Assembly (NCBI GenBank): GCA_030704615.1
Contig: CM060734.1
Coordinates: 49,848,001-49,912,000 of the forward strand
Reading direction: 5' to 3'
Length of the DNA stretch: 64,000 nucleotides
DNA from: Takakia lepidozioides
Lineage: Eukaryota; Plantae; Bryophyta
Part shown: one piece after another, positions 60,216 through 64,000 of the stretch
Layout: each line of letters begins with the position of its first letter
Numbering within the stretch: the stretch's first letter is position 1
Notes under the pieces: model-generated
What the model was told of the DNA's origin: nothing
The model's database searches: none
What the model saw: the letters and a program-made list of their open reading frames with translations, nothing else
Program-made: the position numbers and the translations under genes

Positions 60216-63020
60216 CGTTCCTTCAGGAGATGGTTATAGCTTGTGAGTGCCTGGTCAAGATGGCCCCAGATGCGCAGCACTTTGGCATTGATGATTGTTG
60301 TGAAGCTTTTCCAGTAATTCTCCCACTTCAGTTCAATCAAGTGCTTCTTGGAGCTTTCGGAAGGCGAACCAGGGGACCCTGCCTCAGCGTCCTTCAATGC
60401 AGACTCCAAAGTTTCCTGTGTCTTGGCAGGAGGAGGTTCCCTTTCTGCCTCCAAGTACAACTTGATTTGCTGATCAATGGGTTTGCTTTCCTTCTCTCCT
60501 ACAGATCCACAGGTGGTAAGTCAAAATGTAATGATTCTGTGTCATTTCTGTCAAGGTCAGTGTATGCAAGAGAAGACACCGTGTGATTAGAATGAATTTA
60601 ATTAAAGGTTACATATTGTAGTTTTAAGTACTAGGTTTCCTGGCGTTGAAGATCCTGTGTATTATGCCTTGCGAAAAGGACATAACCCAGAGAAGGGTTG
60701 TATCAGGTCAGCTGCAAATTTGTCTAATAATAAGCAAAACCACCGAAGATATCTTCAAATCAGCACATTTAGAGTTAAGGCTGAGTTTACTAAAGTGAAA
60801 ATGCATAAGCTGAAGCTGCTTCTCAGTTTTATGATCAATGAATGGGAGTCCAATATTGGAAAGTGACAATTGAGTAGGCTGCAAAATCTCTAAACAGTGA
60901 ATTAGTCGGAGTGATACAAAATACATTGGTGATGGTTGTCACTATAGTACTCCCCTGCCATTCTCCTCTTCGCTCACCAATCATTTTGGCTGTCAAACTG
61001 GGCAGGGGGTCTATGGCTGCAAGGCCCTTACAAATACATCTATTATGTACATATAGCGACAGACCGTGCAGTTGTTGTGGGTGATGATGCCAAAAGAGAA
61101 AGGACACACGTGGACAGCTGCACAGGCAAGAAGATTCATAGAAGTCACCCACCGGTAAGAAAGACACGCAACTTCTCAAGACTGGCGCCATTCTTCACTC
61201 CAAGAGCTTGCACTATTGACACAACCTGGACCCAGTCCTGGTGTGAGGATGGTAAAGTAGGCAGTGAATCCCTAGTCTTTTCATCGACAAGGAAAAAAGC
61301 CTCTTTACGCAACATTCCAAGCAAGGAGGAATATGCATCTTGACTCATGGTTATGGCTAAATCATCAGGAACATCTTCGTCTTTAGCCTTTTTCTCTTCT
61401 GACAGGAGGGCTTTGGAACCCAAATTGATGAAGATTTGATCACTCGGAGAGCGCCAGCGCCACCCAAGCTGATGTTCATGAATCTCTTTATCTGCCTGTC
61501 TCCGTCCCCAAAACAAGCACCCCAGTATCAAATTTCACAACTATCGGTAAGTACATAAATCTAAATTGAACTTGGGGATCCTGGAAATGGACACTATTGC
61601 CTCAGCATACAAAGGACTGCGGAAAGTACATTGAGGACAGCAGACAATGGACTCTACCACTCCTCAGGCTTGAACAACAAATGGGCAATCCTACTGGGAA
61701 CAGACTCCATGTTAGCTGGTTTGTGTTGATGTCTCTCTCAGTACGGCTGTTGTTTGCCCCAATCTTTCCAAAGCCCTTTCCCTCTGTACTCCTCCCCTCC
61801 TCCACCAACACTTCCCACTTGTTTGTCTCTCCTTCCCCCTGTCTCCAAATTGAGGAATGTCCAACAACCACACCATGAGATTGAGAACTATGGTGTTAGA
61901 GCAGTACTGTTTGTTAGGACAAATTTCGGTTTTTAAGGTCTCGCTGAGGTTCAAAAGTTTGGAGACAAGCAGGTGACAGACTGGGGCATTGCCGGAAGTG
62001 AAGGCTCACTCCAGTGAGATTCACCTTTATAGCATACATTAGTTGAGGCCCTCTATAGGTTTTTCAAACAAGGCCTTCATTAAAGGAGGGGCAAAGACAC
62101 GGAGAAAAGCCTCCACCTGGAGAACCTTGGAGACTAGCAGAGCTAGTGCACGCTGGTGCATGCAGAAAAACTGGCGACGCACTGTTGCATGTGCACGCTC
62201 AAGTGAGTGCTCCTTGGTTTGCAGGTCCTGCAACAATTTTGTAACTCGTGCAAAATCATCAGCCAGCCGTGAGTTTTGATCGATAAAGCGTTTCTCCAAA
62301 TCAGAGTGCCGCCCCTTTAGAGTACATAAAGTGTCCCGCTGTTTGTTCAGCTTTCTCTTCTGCTGGTTGGCTGTAGTGTAGTTCTCGCGATCCCTCTCTA
62401 TCAACACCAGAAGGTTATACTCCAGCTTTTCAGCGTTGAACTGGTAGGCTGCCTGTAAGCTAAGAGGTTCATGTTGTGATATTCCGCTGGTTAAACAAAG
62501 GCCATGTGGCCACAGAAGATTGAGAGATGGCGAGAGTCTGATGACACCAAAACCTGGACAGATGTACAGCTGAACACAATCACACGGAGGACAATGTAGG
62601 CATAATAAGGTGCCACAGACCACAAGTACATGAGACTGTCCATTGAAATGTGGGTGAGAGCCCAACTATTCTCACCAGATATGGTCTACCTTGGCCATGG
62701 GGCCCACTGTGGACTTTATCAATCTCTTTCTTTCTTATCCTTACTCCAACACAAGAACAATGTCGAACGACAAATTGTGCATGAATTGATAGAAAAGAAA
62801 GGTCCATGGAAAGTTCCTGCATTGTCGCATGGTGTTGCTCCAATGTCTGCATATCTGACTCCAGCCGTATTTTGAGTAGATTATACTCCTCAGCATCAGC
62901 ATCACAAATATCGTCCAAAACTTTGGCAAACTCCTCTTTCCGGGCTTGCATGTCCTCTTGGAATTTGGTTTCCATAGCCAGACGCTCTTTAATCAGTGCC
63001 ATCATCTCGGCCTTGTTGCT
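60216..63020 (-). CDS. DRC1: Dynein regulatory complex protein 1 (CCDC164), partial: central and C-terminal exons; 5' end likely beyond the window, last exon not located
   Basis: EEYNLLKIRLESDMQTLEQ, AAYQFNAEKLEYNLLVLIERDREN...QQKRKL, ADKEIHEHQLGWRW, YWKSF...IWGHLDQALTSYNHLLKER. Confidence 0.85.
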
Positions 63021-64000
63021 GTAGATAGCAGCAAAAGGATGATAAGATTATGCCATACTGCTAGGTTGTAAGAACCCCCTTGATCTTTCCTTGCCTCAGT
63101 GCCCCTCCCTCTCTCTCCCTGTTCCGCCCAAACTGGGTGTGGGGTAAATGGCCACAAGGCTACGGCAAACAACATTCTCTTTCTCTCCCCCTCTAATCCC
63201 TCTTCGTCCCTTCAGTCTGACTAAGGACATATGCGGCAAGTTTGTCCTAGCTAAAAGTATATTTGTCTTTTTCGCACAACATGCGTCACCTCAATGTTGA
63301 GGCAGAGATTAGCATATTGATATCGCAAGCTCGAGGATTAGATAGGCTCGGGATCCCTACAGATTGGGTGTAGGTTGGGAACTAGTATAATGCCAAGCTC
63401 TCAAATCAGCATTCAACCAGCTGTAACTGCTTTTCTACCTACGCATTCGCCGATATCGTTCTTTGAGTACTCAAGTGGATGAGTGTGAGGGACTCTGTGG
63501 AGGGGGGAGTCCTCTCAGCTTAGTATACTAAAAGTCCTAGGAGACGAGTTCCATAGGACCTGTGATCCACCCGTGGATGTACTAATTTTTTTCTTCTCCC
63601 CTGCCTATTTAAAGTTTCTCACACTGAAGACACTTCTTCTTTTACTGCCCTCTTTACTATGAGATCCACGAGAGATTCCACTGTCTGTTCCGTGACACAC
63701 AATCTCTCTCTGAAGTCTTCCATTATGAGGATCAGAAATGCTTGGCAGCTTTTCTGCATGAGGCTTTGACCCTTAGGCAATCCTTTGAGCATTAGTTGCT
63801 TTTGGGCTGCTTCTGGCTCCACTTTTTATTCTTTCTTGTTTCTTGCTTTCCTTTTGTCCCATAAGCTCTCTGTGCTTTCTGCGGACATTATAAAGTTCCA
63901 TTTCATTTCTTTCTCTCTCTGTCATGAACCTTGCATTAGTCAAATTTGGTACACAAGTTGCTTTAGTATGTTTGAACTAAGTAGAGTAGTCATAGTTCAA

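Overview
Eukaryotic, plant-type genomic DNA: spliced genes, TTTAGGG telo-boxes and a flagellar DRC1 gene point to a non-seed land plant with motile sperm (inference). Positions 1-~42 kb are a nest of transposable elements and ~46.6-64 kb is gene-rich (RluA-type pseudouridine synthase, NAA50, DRC1). Two mobile elements carry DNA-methyltransferase-type genes. (1) A 12-kb Ty3/Gypsy retrotransposon (1588-13595, TSD GAGC) has a complete DNMT3-like C5-cytosine methyltransferase domain between protease and RT and a PHD finger after integrase. It also has circularly permuted (B...A-B-A) terminal repeats, a PBS complementary to its own LTR, and captured MAD1, ISD11 and RPS18 pieces. (2) That element interrupts the transposase of a Mutator-like element (GCM-like Zn domain + MULE DDE). 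Head-to-head with the transposase is a spliced gene encoding a ParB-like (DGNHR) domain and a beta-class N4/N6 amino-methyltransferase-like domain, and two of its non-coding/intronic blocks hold 12 copies of a ~26-bp palindrome. Also present: a rearranged chromovirus with a nested solo LTR, a Tcn1-like chromovirus, a CRE/RLE-type LINE remnant, a TTAA-flanked piggyBac-like element and a MITE. All domain calls are by-eye motif recognition; no searches were run.
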